This document shows, one piece after another, positions 1-10,718 of a stretch of DNA of 64,000 nucleotides. This DNA comes from Schizochytrium sp. TIO01 (Eukaryota; Protista; Bigyra: Labyrinthulomycetes), in the NCBI GenBank assembly GCA_004764695.1, contig SMSO01000032.1:1922001-1986000 (forward strand), read 5' to 3'. Made by a program: the position numbers and the translations under genes. The notes beneath the pieces are model-generated. The model saw nothing but the letters and a program-made list of their open reading frames with translations, was not told the DNA's origin and did no database searches. How positions within the stretch are numbered: position 1 is the stretch's first letter; every line of letters starts with the position of its first letter.

Positions 1-2746
1 AGATGGTGAAACCGATACTGCAAAGAAGACCAAGAAGAAGCTCTCCAAAGCTGCCAAAGCTCGCATTAAGGCCATCAACGAAGGCCATCTGCAGCCTAGA
101 GGTATTGTGGTTGGAGTTCTTGCAGCCAATGAAGGAGCTGGTGTTAATGAAGAAAGATCGCATGCCCAAGTCCATATTGGTGTGCTCGTGCCACAGTATG
201 GATTTGAGCGCGAGCGTCCGAGCAAGGTGGTGAAGGGCAAGCCACTAGCCGCTGAAGAAGCTTTTGTGGAGTTTAGGCCGCTTGATGCGCGAGTACCGTT
301 TTTCCTGATCCCACGAGGTGAGGTGCCATATGAGTTTGTGCAAGACCCGGTATCCTTCGCGCCGCCGCACCAAAAGCTTTTTGAGGCGACTATTGCGAAT
401 TGGGAGGCCGAGCACCGCTTCCCTAAAGGCCGCTTGCTCCGCATGGTCGGCGAGGCTGGCGAGATTGGCCCTGAGACAGAGGCTCTCCTCATCGAAACAA
501 ACTGTGATCACGGTGAGTTCCCCGAGGCAGCCCTTGACGTGTTGCGTGAGAAGATTCCAGAAGAAGGCGGGTTTCGCATTCCGGAAGACGAGATTAAGCG
601 CCGCCGAGATCTGAGAACCTCTCACCGCATCTTCACCATTGACCCAGCCACTGCCAAGGACCTTGATGATGCCCTTAGTTGCGTGCCTATCCCAGCTGGA
701 GCAGTCAGTGGTACCAATGGGCCTCTCCCAGCCCACTACGAAATTGGCGTTCATATTGCTGATGTTTCTTACTTTCTGGAACCTGACACTGCCCTTGACC
801 GGGAAGCACAACGCCGCTCAACAACTGTGTATCTTGTAAACAAGGTCATTCCTATGCTTCCAGCACTTCTTTCCGAGGAGCTTTGCTCTCTTAATGAAGG
901 CGTGGACCGCCTTGCATATTCGTGCATTTGGCGCATGACCGAGGATGGCCAGATGCTTTCTGGTGCGCCTCCACCATGGTTTGGTAGAACTGTCATTCGA
1001 TCATGTGCTCGCCTTGAGTACAGCCTCGCGCAACGCATGGTTGACGGTGTTGTGACAGAAAATAGTGTTGACACGGGCAACCCAGAAGATCCGGAGTGCT
1101 GGCCAGATCGACGTGCTCCAGCTGAACCTATCACAAAGGCTCAAGTCATTGAGGATGTACGAAACCTGTCGCGCATTGCAATGTCGAGACGCAAGATGCG
1201 TTTTGATAAATCCAAAGGTGGTGCTCTTGGTCTTGAGGCCATCAAGCTGTCCTTCCGGCGGGACGATCTTGGCAACCCGATTGGTGTCAAAACCTACCCT
1301 TTGTATGACTCGAACCGAACTATCGAAGAGTACATGCTTATGGCCAACTATCTTGTGGCTCAGCGCCTCATTTTGGATATGCAAAAGCTCGCGTTCATTC
1401 GCCACCACCCACCTCCTGACCCTCGTGGTATGGTTACTTTGATGCAGGCTATGGAACAGAAGGGCATCACCTTTGAGCCTACAGCTATGGCCAGCGCTGC
1501 AGGGCTCCATGAGACTCTCCAGCGCCTTCGCTATTCAGAGTCTGAAGAGCTTGTAGAGATCGTTAACTATCTCCTGCGTAAGCCCATGCGCCATGCTCTT
1601 TATGCAACTGCTGGATCTTTGGAGCAGCGGGATTGGCGACACTGGGCACTAAATATCCCTTACTACACCCATTTTACGTCACCGATTCGGCGTTACGCAG
1701 ATGTTATGGTACACCGTCAGCTAACCTATATCCTGAACGACGCTATCGAGGACTACCCGGATACCGAAGAAATTACACAACAGATTGCGGAACACTGTAA
1801 TGAGAAGAAGGATGCTAGCAAGCAAGCACAGGACGCTTCTGACCGTCTCTTCTTTTGTGTGTTCATTAAACAACGGTTTGCAAGTGGAAACCCAATCCGT
1901 ACTCTCGGTGTTGTGCAGGAGCTTGGACCCCAATCTTTCACCTTACTGTTGACTGAGTTTGGCGTTGAATGCCGTGTTCACGCAGAGATCGAATGGGGTG
2001 CCTCAAAGATCATTCCTACTTACAAGGACGATGGTTCTCACCCATCTCCATCTGGTGCAGCTGAGCAAGAGAACGGTGGCCATGGTCGTCGGGGTCGCGG
2101 CCAGGGTGGGAACCGACGTGGATCCCATCAAGAAAGTAACGAGCGCAATTCTGGTCGTCGCCACCACGGCCGTCGTGGAGGCAACGGCGACCGAGGTGAG
2201 GACGATGGTGAGAATGATCAAGAGCAGAACAACAAGAAGAAGGGTAAGAAGGATGACAAGCCCAAGGGCGATGTTGTTTCTTTGAATCTTCAGCTTCGAT
2301 CCCACAATGGCGGAAGGAATGCCCCGCTCGAGGAAATCACCTTGGAGCTACTTACTACGGTCAATGTGATCCTCGAGCCCACTATCAAGGCTTCCGCGCG
2401 CATTGATTTTCTTACTCGTTACATTGGCCTTTCTTCTACGGAGGTCACTCACCATCACAAGGACGCTTCACATGCGCATGCCACTGGAAAGGGTCACCAT
2501 GATGCGAAGCACGACTCAAGGCCGCAGAAATCTTCTCGCGGTAGTAATCGTAATAACCGCAATCGCCGAGGTGGTGGCGGTGGGCGAAATGCATCAAACG
2601 GGGCTGCTGCGTCAGAAAAAAACGATCGTACAGACTCAGCTGGTAGTGTGCAAAAGAACAACTCCAACAACAGGAACAGAAATAGAAACAGGCACCGCAA
2701 TAAGGCAAAGCCTGGGAACAATACTGGCAATGGGAATGAGGAATAG
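1..2746 (+). CDS. DIS3L2: DIS3-like exonuclease 2 (RNase II/R family 3'-5' exoribonuclease), 5' end outside the window
   Basis: Frame is open from position 2. It has the CSD2 motif 'FRPLDARVP', the RNB catalytic motif 'IFTIDPATAKDLDDAL', 'EIGVHIADVS', 'IEEYMLMAN' and 'HWALNIPYYTHFTSPIRRYADVMVHR', followed by an S1-like C-terminal region. The PIN-domain status of the N-terminus cannot be seen, so DIS3L2 versus DIS3 is inferred from motif style. Confidence 0.9.
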   Translation, partial: DGETDTAKKTKKKLSKAAKARIKAINEGHLQPRGIVVGVLAANEGAGVNEERSHAQVHIGVLVPQYGFERERPSKVVKGKPLAAEEAFVEFRPLDARVPFFLIPRGEVPYEFVQDPVSFAPPHQKLFEATIANWEAEHRFPKGRLLRMVGEAGEIGPETEALLIETNCDHGEFPEAALDVLREKIPEEGGFRIPEDEIKRRRDLRTSHRIFTIDPATAKDLDDALSCVPIPAGAVSGTNGPLPAHYEIGVHIADVSYFLEPDTALDREAQRRSTTVYLVNKVIPMLPALLSEELCSLNEGVDRLAYSCIWRMTEDGQMLSGAPPPWFGRTVIRSCARLEYSLAQRMVDGVVTENSVDTGNPEDPECWPDRRAPAEPITKAQVIEDVRNLSRIAMSRRKMRFDKSKGGALGLEAIKLSFRRDDLGNPIGVKTYPLYDSNRTIEEYMLMANYLVAQRLILDMQKLAFIRHHPPPDPRGMVTLMQAMEQKGITFEPTAMASAAGLHETLQRLRYSESEELVEIVNYLLRKPMRHALYATAGSLEQRDWRHWALNIPYYTHFTSPIRRYADVMVHRQLTYILNDAIEDYPDTEEITQQIAEHCNEKKDASKQAQDASDRLFFCVFIKQRFASGNPIRTLGVVQELGPQSFTLLLTEFGVECRVHAEIEWGASKIIPTYKDDGSHPSPSGAAEQENGGHGRRGRGQGGNRRGSHQESNERNSGRRHHGRRGGNGDRGEDDGENDQEQNNKKKGKKDDKPKGDVVSLNLQLRSHNGGRNAPLEEITLELLTTVNVILEPTIKASARIDFLTRYIGLSSTEVTHHHKDASHAHATGKGHHDAKHDSRPQKSSRGSNRNNRNRRGGGGGRNASNGAAASEKNDRTDSAGSVQKNNSNNRNRNRNRHRNKAKPGNNTGNGNEE

Positions 2747-4138
2747 CTTCACCTTCATTTAAGGAACGCAATTATAAGTCTACCCAATTGCAAACCACAA
2801 TGCCCGACTCCCAACTGTTTCTCTCTCTGCGCAAGGTATGCTTGCCCCCCCCCTTTAGCTTCGTATGTCAGAATAGGTGAAACATTTTTGTAGTACAAAG
2901 TGTAGCTAGCTTGAACGTAAAAAATAAACAAGATGAAAAAAATAAAAAAAATAGAAATAATTATGTTCGAGCTTTCGAAGTCCCATAATTAAAGCTCTGA
3001 CTCTCTTCACAATCTAGTATTATTTTAACATATGTGTTGAACTCTACTTTTGCGCTGACAGTTAACCTTTTCTACGTTATTCATGATAATCTCTGTTTAC
3101 ATTAACTATTCAAAGTTCAGCAAATGGGAGTTCTCCAATCTTCTGTCCGGTTACTTTCTATCATTTTGCGATCCCGGATATCGTATTTGTGCACTAGGTA
3201 TGTAATACTATAAAGTATTATGAGACGAGATATATCGTGATGCCAAATTCCCAGTACGTCAACCACCTTGCCAGTGTTCATAGGAAACCTTAGTAATTCA
3301 TTTTTAAATATACCGTTTCGCTCGCCATCTCATCTTTGATTCCAGCGAAAACTGCGGCGCTGGCCACTCCAATGACTATGGAGAGATTGACGAACCCAAG
3401 GCTGTGCTTTCCTGGAATAGTCCGCCTCCTGAGCGATAGTCCTATATTTTACCATAGATAACTCTTAGCGGAACCAGAGAACGTGCACGCTCCCAACCTC
3501 AAACATCATAATGATCTTACGTCTAAAGCTCGTCTACGCCAGGTAGACGGTGCCTGGGTTGAGAGAATTTCTGGTACCGGCCTGCAGATAACTCTCGGGC
3601 ATGAATATTGGGCAAGCAATGCTCTAGGCGCTTGCTCTGCAATCTGCAGAGTCGAGGTTGAGGTGTTTGGAAACGTAACGGGCCCTGATCAAGTGCGCCG
3701 TTTCGAACGCGGGCACAACCTAATTGATAGTCTGACTAGTTGGCTGGCTAGGTAGCATTTTGCCAGCTTCGATTAGTTCGAGCGCTGTGCAAACACCAAG
3801 CTTCATTAATTTGTTGACGACGATTTACCTTGTCAAGGGGAAAGAAAAGAGTTGTATCGCCGCTCGTCTTCCTGGCCACGACTTGGGTTAGTCTGGGGAG
3901 CGTGATAGGGACCAGCAGAGCAGACTTGGTTCGTGTCTTCAGTAGCCTTGGCAAGGATCTGAAGGGTTTTTATCAATAATTTTCAGACAATCTGTTAAGC
4001 TGCACAAATCGCTGCAGAACTGGGTGGATCTACCTGATCAAGCTATCTCTCGATTGAGCTATACCTGTTGCCATTGGCACCGCCGCGAGTAGGCAAGTGG
4101 AGGAATTTCATTCAAACAGTAGTGAATTTTGAACTACA

Positions 4139-7100
4139 ATGCCTGCCTCGAGAGTTTCTGCCTTTTCTACAACTTCATCAACATCTTCAGTGCGCACAAG
4201 CCTGACAACACAAACTCGAGCATCCACAAGAGTACTTGATGCTAACATTTTAGCAAAATTCCAAGAAGTAAGTTTGAGAGATCAATAGTAAATCCAGATC
4301 TGGAAACAGATGCTAACATATCGAACACGATCCTTTTGATAACTAGGGAGACACAATTTGGTTTTCACACAAACACGATGGTTTTAGACCAGGAGTAATC
4401 ACAACCATTCATGCAAGCGCGCGCGTGGATGTGCACGACCAAGTGGACAATGAAGTGAGTTTGATTCAAAAGAGCAGTATTTTATCATAATCTTAAAACA
4501 AAACTTAATAGTAGCGCGAAGTCTAACGCGTTTCTTTGTTCAACATATCGTTCTACCTCTGCAGACTGTGGTGTTGAGGCCCACAAGTGCAAACCTTCAA
4601 AAACGAGATGGGAACAACCAAACAAGACATGTTCATGACATGGGTACCCTGGCAGAATTGAGCGATGCATCTATCCTTGAAAACCTTCGTAAGGGCTATG
4701 AACGTGACCTTATATATACAAACATTGGTCCCACTCTCGTCGCCGTGAACCCCTATAAAGGGGTTCACTGTACCATGAATGAACGAGCACCAGGCATTTT
4801 AAGAACAGTACGGGAAATCTATGACGAAATGCTTGAAAACAAGTCTAGCCATTCGTGCGTAGTGACAGGTGAAAGTGGTGCTGGCAAAAGTGAGTCCACA
4901 CGAATGTTTGTAAATCAGCTTGCTACAATGAGCGTGCGACGCAGCGCCCAATATTTGACCAGAGACACTTCTGGCCATCAGTTTGTTCTCCAAGATCGAA
5001 TTGTGCAGGCAGCACCGATCCTTGAGTCGTTTGGTAATGCGAAGACCGTGCGAAACTCAAATTCAAGCCGTTTCGGAAAATGGATTGAAATTGAGATTGA
5101 TTATGCAACGGGTCAGCCGCTGTCCGCATCGATCCGAAACTATCTCTTGGAGAAATCACGCATTGTCAGGCTCGGAAAAGGCGAGCGCAACTTCCATATC
5201 TTCTATCAGTTACTCTCTGACTCTGAACGATGTGCACGCTATCAACTTCCCTCCACAGAGCCAAAAGCATTTAAACTATTACATGAGCCTGAACCAGTTA
5301 TATGTGATATAGACGATGCTAGTGAGCTGGACGAGTTATGCGTGGCTATGGAGACGATGGGCATGCCAGACGAAGAGCAAGAATATGTATTTCGCTCAGT
5401 GGCCGCTGTCTTGCACCTTGGTAACCTCGAAATTATACAACCAACTTCATCAGCACCAAGCACGACATCTCATTTTGGCTATTCTGACGAGACTCTCCCA
5501 TGCAAATTTACGCCAGCAAGTATTGAAGCCTTAAAGTGGGCTTCTGAAGTTTTTGGATTAGATCATGAGAATCTTGAGCATGCTCTTACACATCGTACTT
5601 TGCAAACAGGAGGGCGTGAACTCATTGTCAAACCACGTTCCTCTAATGAAGTCCGCACTTGCCTAGAAGCTTTTGTCAAATTTGTCTATAGCGCGCTCTT
5701 TGAGTGGATCACAGAGCGTGTTAACTTATCGCTTGACGGTATTGCAGACGAGATTGAGCAAGACACGTGCGCAGATGATAACTTTCAGAGATACATTGAG
5801 AGTGGCACAATTGGGATTCTCGATGCTTTTGGTTTTGAAATCTTCGAAACAAACTCGTTTGAACAGCTGTGCATCAACTATTGCAATGAAAAAATGCAAC
5901 TTCACTTTAACCGATTGGTGTTCGAAGAAGAAGTTAACATGTACATGCTAGAGGGCATACTGAGTGACGAAGAGGCGCAGGAATTCTCGCGCTCATCTGC
6001 GTCTGGAATCGATGAGTGCCTTAATCTTCTAGAAGGGGGGCGTGGCTTTGGGATATTCGCCCTAATTGATGATGAGCTGAAGATCCCAAATGGTAGCGAC
6101 CTCGGTCTGCTCCGAAAACTGATCGCAAAACATGGTGGTCATCCTAAATTTTCTCAGCCTAGCCCTCCGCGAGGTGCGCTGGCTCGTGCAAAGGGGAAAA
6201 CAACAGGTTACCATAATCGCTTTACAATTCATCACTATGCAGGCCCTGTCACATATAGCATCGTAGGTTTCTTGGAAAAGAGCACTGATCCTATCGATGT
6301 TGAATTACAGTTGCTTTGCGCTGCTTCAAGAAACGATTTTTTCCAGTCAAGCTTTCCCACAAGGGATAAGATTCTTGAGCAAACACGTGGCCGTAATGGT
6401 AAAAAGACATTGGGCACACAGTTCAAGGAGCAACTCGAGTTTCTATCACAAATTATATTTGAAGAAGCAAAACCACATTTCATTCGTTGTATCAAGCCAA
6501 ATGACGAGTCGCAAGCAGATCTGTGGAATGGAGCACGTGTTTTAGAGCAGATTCGTTATGCTGGCCTTCTCGAGGCATCTCAAGTACGTGCTAAGGGATT
6601 TTCCGTACAACACACACATGCAGCGTTCATAGACAGGTTTAAAAAGTTGTTTTTGAGTAAACATGATCGACGTCTTGAGATTGCCAAAGATGAGACTTCC
6701 GAGAACCTTCAAGATTTAAGCAAACGACTTTACTCTGATCTATTGTCAAGATCACTGCTACAGGCAGAGGGTGTTCGCATTGGTAAGACAAAGGTGTTTT
6801 TTAAAGAAAGTGCATGGTCACAGTTGAAACGTGCTCATACAGTCATCCTCAATGAATCTTCGACTCCTTTTCAGGCTCTAGTCAGGAGCTGGCTTGTACG
6901 ACGTAGACTAGACAAGTTTCGGAGCGAGGTTGACCACCTACGAGAGGAACTAGCCTCTGCTGCAAGTATGAAGGATATTGGCAGCTTGACAGATCAGCTT
7001 ACGCTACTTCAACAATCGAATCTTCCAGCAGCTCATTTTGTCGATACTTTAGCCGATCTTGCGCAAGAACTAAGCTCTTTTGTGGAGCGCAACTCAACAA

Positions 7101-9685
7101 TAAGCAAGCTCCATGCAGCATTACATGGGACAAGCATCGAAACATTACGGGAGTGCACAGAGGAGTGCATTCGCGCAGGAACATCTGATGAAGTGATACG
7201 CGAGGCACAACAGGTCCTGGAGCAGCATGAAGTGTTAAATGATCTTCTCATGCGAGTAAAATGTTATGCGAACCTCTGTTACCCGACATCATCAGATGAC
7301 GAAAAATCAATTGTCGAACAAGCTCGGCAAGCTCGAGATGTCATAGAAAAGGTCAAAGCAGTCGAGCGTTTAGAGAATCCCCTGATTGACTCACTTGACA
7401 CCGAAGCTGTTGTGAGAACAATTTCGGCAAGGGTAGATGACGTTAAAACTCACTGCGCAAGCTTAGTTATTGCTCGATACTTGCGAAGCGTTGCCAAACG
7501 CCGCCAAGTTAGAGATCACTTTCGACGACTCTCTCTAACACGCCTTCAACTCGAGGTTGCTCTGGACAATCGAGATGAACGGGCCATTGAAGGTGCATTG
7601 ATAGCAATGGGAGATCTGCAATGCGGTGAGCATGCTAGGCACCCACATCCTCTAGTTAAGGACGCCATAGCTGTGCGCGCAGACCTTCGTATTACGAAGT
7701 TGGCAGCACTCAACCAGCTTGAGCGCCTTACACGGAAGCTTGAGCGCCGTATCCGTCATCGAGAACAAGAACTTGAAGCCGAGCTTCGTTCTGCTGGACA
7801 CACAGATCCTGCTGTTCTGGACACTGTTGCCTTAAGCAAGGTTCCAACAGTAGCCAAGCGGGTTGAGAAAAGGAAGTCAAAACGAATGCGAGCCTTGAGT
7901 TTGCTGCGAAATATGCCTTCGTTTTTCCACTCACATGGCAAAAAGTCACAGGTACGTAAATCTGAACTGGAACTACTGACTCAAGCTGTGGACAAGGCGC
8001 GGAGTGCAGGGGCCTCAGAGGATGATCATGAGCAGATGCGGGATGCTTTAGAACTTATACGGCGTCTAGAAATTCTTAAAGTGCAGCGCAGAAGTTCATT
8101 GAGACTGTTTAGTTCACAGTCTCTCATAAGTCTTACTGCCAATGCACCGTCCCGCGCCGCAGCAATGTGCATTGGAGAGGATGTAGACTTTGATGCTGAA
8201 GTTCCAGAAATGCATCATCCTTCTTCTCGAAGCCCCAGCTTAAGGCAGGAAGTGACTCAAGACAGCAGAGGCGCGCCAGGGAAGCGTGTTGACTTGAGTG
8301 CTGAAGAAACAGCGTCCATGCGTCGGTTATCCCGCCTGGAGATAATGCGAGCAGAAGAGGACAGTATGATGCAGTCCCTCCTGGGCTGCAATAGCAGCGA
8401 GTCTGGAATCCGAGTCAATCTTTCGGGTGAAGATCTGACTCGCTTCCAGAATCAAACATTACGATCTCAAAAAAAACAGGATCTCTGTGAGGTGGAGCAT
8501 TGTGACAATGTGGCTATCGATGAGGACGATGGTTTCGGAACAATGACTCTTGATGACGACGTTGACGACGTTGATGGTGTAGATGATATCGATGATATCG
8601 ATGATGTTGATGACGGCTTTGGCGGGCAATTTATGGGTGGAATTACTCTTTCGAGCAAGATGCCTCCCAACTACCATTTCCGCACTGAGAGTCTTAACAG
8701 CGAAGCCACAGGCAGAGACTCCGACATGGATCAGAGTGGGCCTGCAGAAGAGCTGGGGGAACAAGGTGCCCAAGATTTTGGTATTCATGTTCTTACAGAG
8801 GACGTGGATTCGTTCCAAGGGTCCTTGCGCAGTCCAACATCCTTTGCTGCGAAGATTAATGAACAGTTCCGTAGAAAGCTTTCTGTGAAAAAATTAGTGC
8901 TATCTCAAAAACGGTCCATGGAGAAGGCATCGTGGAGCTCAAAGAAACTTACAAAGGTTCAATCATGCACGAATATGGAGATGATCAAGCACAAAGCAGC
9001 TTCTCCAAGCGTAGATAAGGTGGATGAAACGCCGAGTTTGAGCGAGCTCGGCTTAGATTTGCCAGATGCGACGTCATCTGCAGAACGAGCGATCCTAGAA
9101 AGAATCTGTCGAGAGAGTGACATGCGCAAGGTCATCCAGAGACGAGGCTGGGAGGCGCGCAGAGGACTTACAGGATGCCTCGCAATGCCTGCAGTGCAAG
9201 AAAGTGCTTCAAATCAAGAGAAAGAGAACCTTGTGGACCAGGAAGAATCATTGGGGTTTCAGCTTTTTCCAGGAGCAAGTAAAAATGCAACTCCCAATGC
9301 CGCCGATTTTTCTTTCTCTTCAATGTATTCGAGCAAGTCAGCTGCTATAGCATCAGTTCCAACCGAAGCGATGCAGGAATCTCGTGACCATCCAAGCTTT
9401 CATTCTGAACTCTCCGATCAAACGATTCCTGAACTTGTACGACGAAAACGCGCCCTCCAGCAAAAACAACGACAACACCGACAGCTCATGCAGCAACATC
9501 TACAAGGTACCTCATCTTTGTTTAGTGACACTTTAGCTTTTTGTTCGCCCACGACGAGTGCTTCAAACTCCATATCTTCGCGAGCTTCTTCGAATATGTC
9601 TCGGAGCTCAGTGAAAGCATACACAGAGCACTGGGAGGCAATAGCTTATGTATCCAAGAACGTTGTTTCATCCAAAACATTCTAA
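4139..9685 (+). CDS. Unconventional myosin heavy chain A; model join(4139..4267,4347..4454,4565..9685)
   Basis: P-loop GESGAGKSE, switch I NSNSSRFGK, switch II LDAFGFE, FEQLCINYCNEKMQ, HYAGPVTY, PHFIRCIKPN, GKTKVFFK and an IQ-like motif. Two phase-0 introns join the upstream exons in frame and restore an SH3-like N-terminus (KFQE|GDTIWFSHKHDGFRPGVI). Confidence 0.93.
4268..4346 (+). other. Spliceosomal intron 1 of myosin A
   Basis: GTAAGT donor, GCTAAC branch site near 4312, TAG acceptor; splicing keeps the frame. Confidence 0.8.
4455..4564 (+). other. Spliceosomal intron 2 of myosin A
   Basis: GTGAGT donor, CTAAC branch site near 4523, TGCAG acceptor; splicing keeps the frame. Confidence 0.85.
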
Positions 9686-10190
9686 GTACTGTTCTATAAG
9701 GCTCCATTTGAAGACTAATCTAGTTCTTCGTTAAACTCTAGATCCCTTAAAAAAAAAATAAAAAAAAAATCAACATAATCGCTTCAACGTGCTATTTTTA
9801 TATTGACAAATAGCCATTAGGAAGAAAAAATCAAATAGCTTACTCATAAAAACCCAAGTTAGCAGCCCATTGACGTCTTTTGCAGAGCTTGTCTACAGTT
9901 AAACATTACCAAATCTGGGGAGCAAGCATACATCAGACATTAAAAAATGGGGATGTCAAAAGGATTCAACAAAGTATTTATTCTTCTTCTTTTTCTTTTT
10001 AATTTTTTTTACAAAAACAGGACCAACACAGATGTGCATATAAGATGGAATCAAGTTCGGGTAGAGGATTCGAATTGGCCAATGGAAATGTCGAAACATT
10101 CTGACCGTCAACCGATAACGACATCAGTTTGCCGCTAATTCATACGCAGGTAGATATGTATTACTTAAGAACAATACACGCAATGCGCTC

Positions 10191-10718
10191 TCACTTTTTG
10201 CAATCGAGGCAGCGGCCCAACTCACGATCAGGGAAGAGAAAGTCTCGGAGGCGACGCTTGGCCTCCTTGGACTCCGGAAAACCGTTGTCAACCTTACGGT
10301 CCCAAATGACCTTGTTCGACGGAAGCACTGTGATCTTATAAGTGCCACCCTCCATAGACGGTGCTAAGTTAACACTGTAGAGGTCCGCCTCGAAGGTGTT
10401 CAAGATCTCCTGTGCCATGTATGCAGCCCTGAGACCCCATTTGCACCGGCAGCAGTACTCAATCTGCACCGAGGGTTTATCCTCTTGAGCCACAGTCTCA
10501 GGGCCTTCCTCGCGAGCCTTTTTCGCAGCTTCTTCTGCTGCAATTCTTGCAGCCTTAGCAGCTTCACGTTTCTCGCGTGACTTTTGCGACACCACAACGA
10601 GACCCACACACGCTGCCGCCAAGGCCACGATGCTCGAAGTTGCTGCCAACCAGCCAGACCCTCCCTGCGATGATGCCGAGGGAGACTGCTCCCAGCTTGA
10701 TACCGGTCCACTCGACAT
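10191..10718 (-). CDS. SelT/SelW/SelH (Rdx) family thioredoxin-like protein, Cys form, with N-terminal membrane anchor
   Basis: 'VQIEYCCRCKWGLRAAYMAQEILNTF', 'GGTYKI' and 'IWDRKVDNGFPESKEAKRRLRD' are Rdx-family hallmarks. Residues ~23-43 form a hydrophobic segment. Confidence 0.88.
   Translation of the reverse strand: MSSGPVSSWEQSPSASSQGGSGWLAATSSIVALAAACVGLVVVSQKSREKREAAKAARIAAEEAAKKAREEGPETVAQEDKPSVQIEYCCRCKWGLRAAYMAQEILNTFEADLYSVNLAPSMEGGTYKITVLPSNKVIWDRKVDNGFPESKEAKRRLRDFLFPDRELGRCLDCKK

Noticed and set aside
10191-10718. Selenoprotein with Sec/SECIS
   Set aside because: The redox motif uses Cys codons and there is no in-frame TGA.
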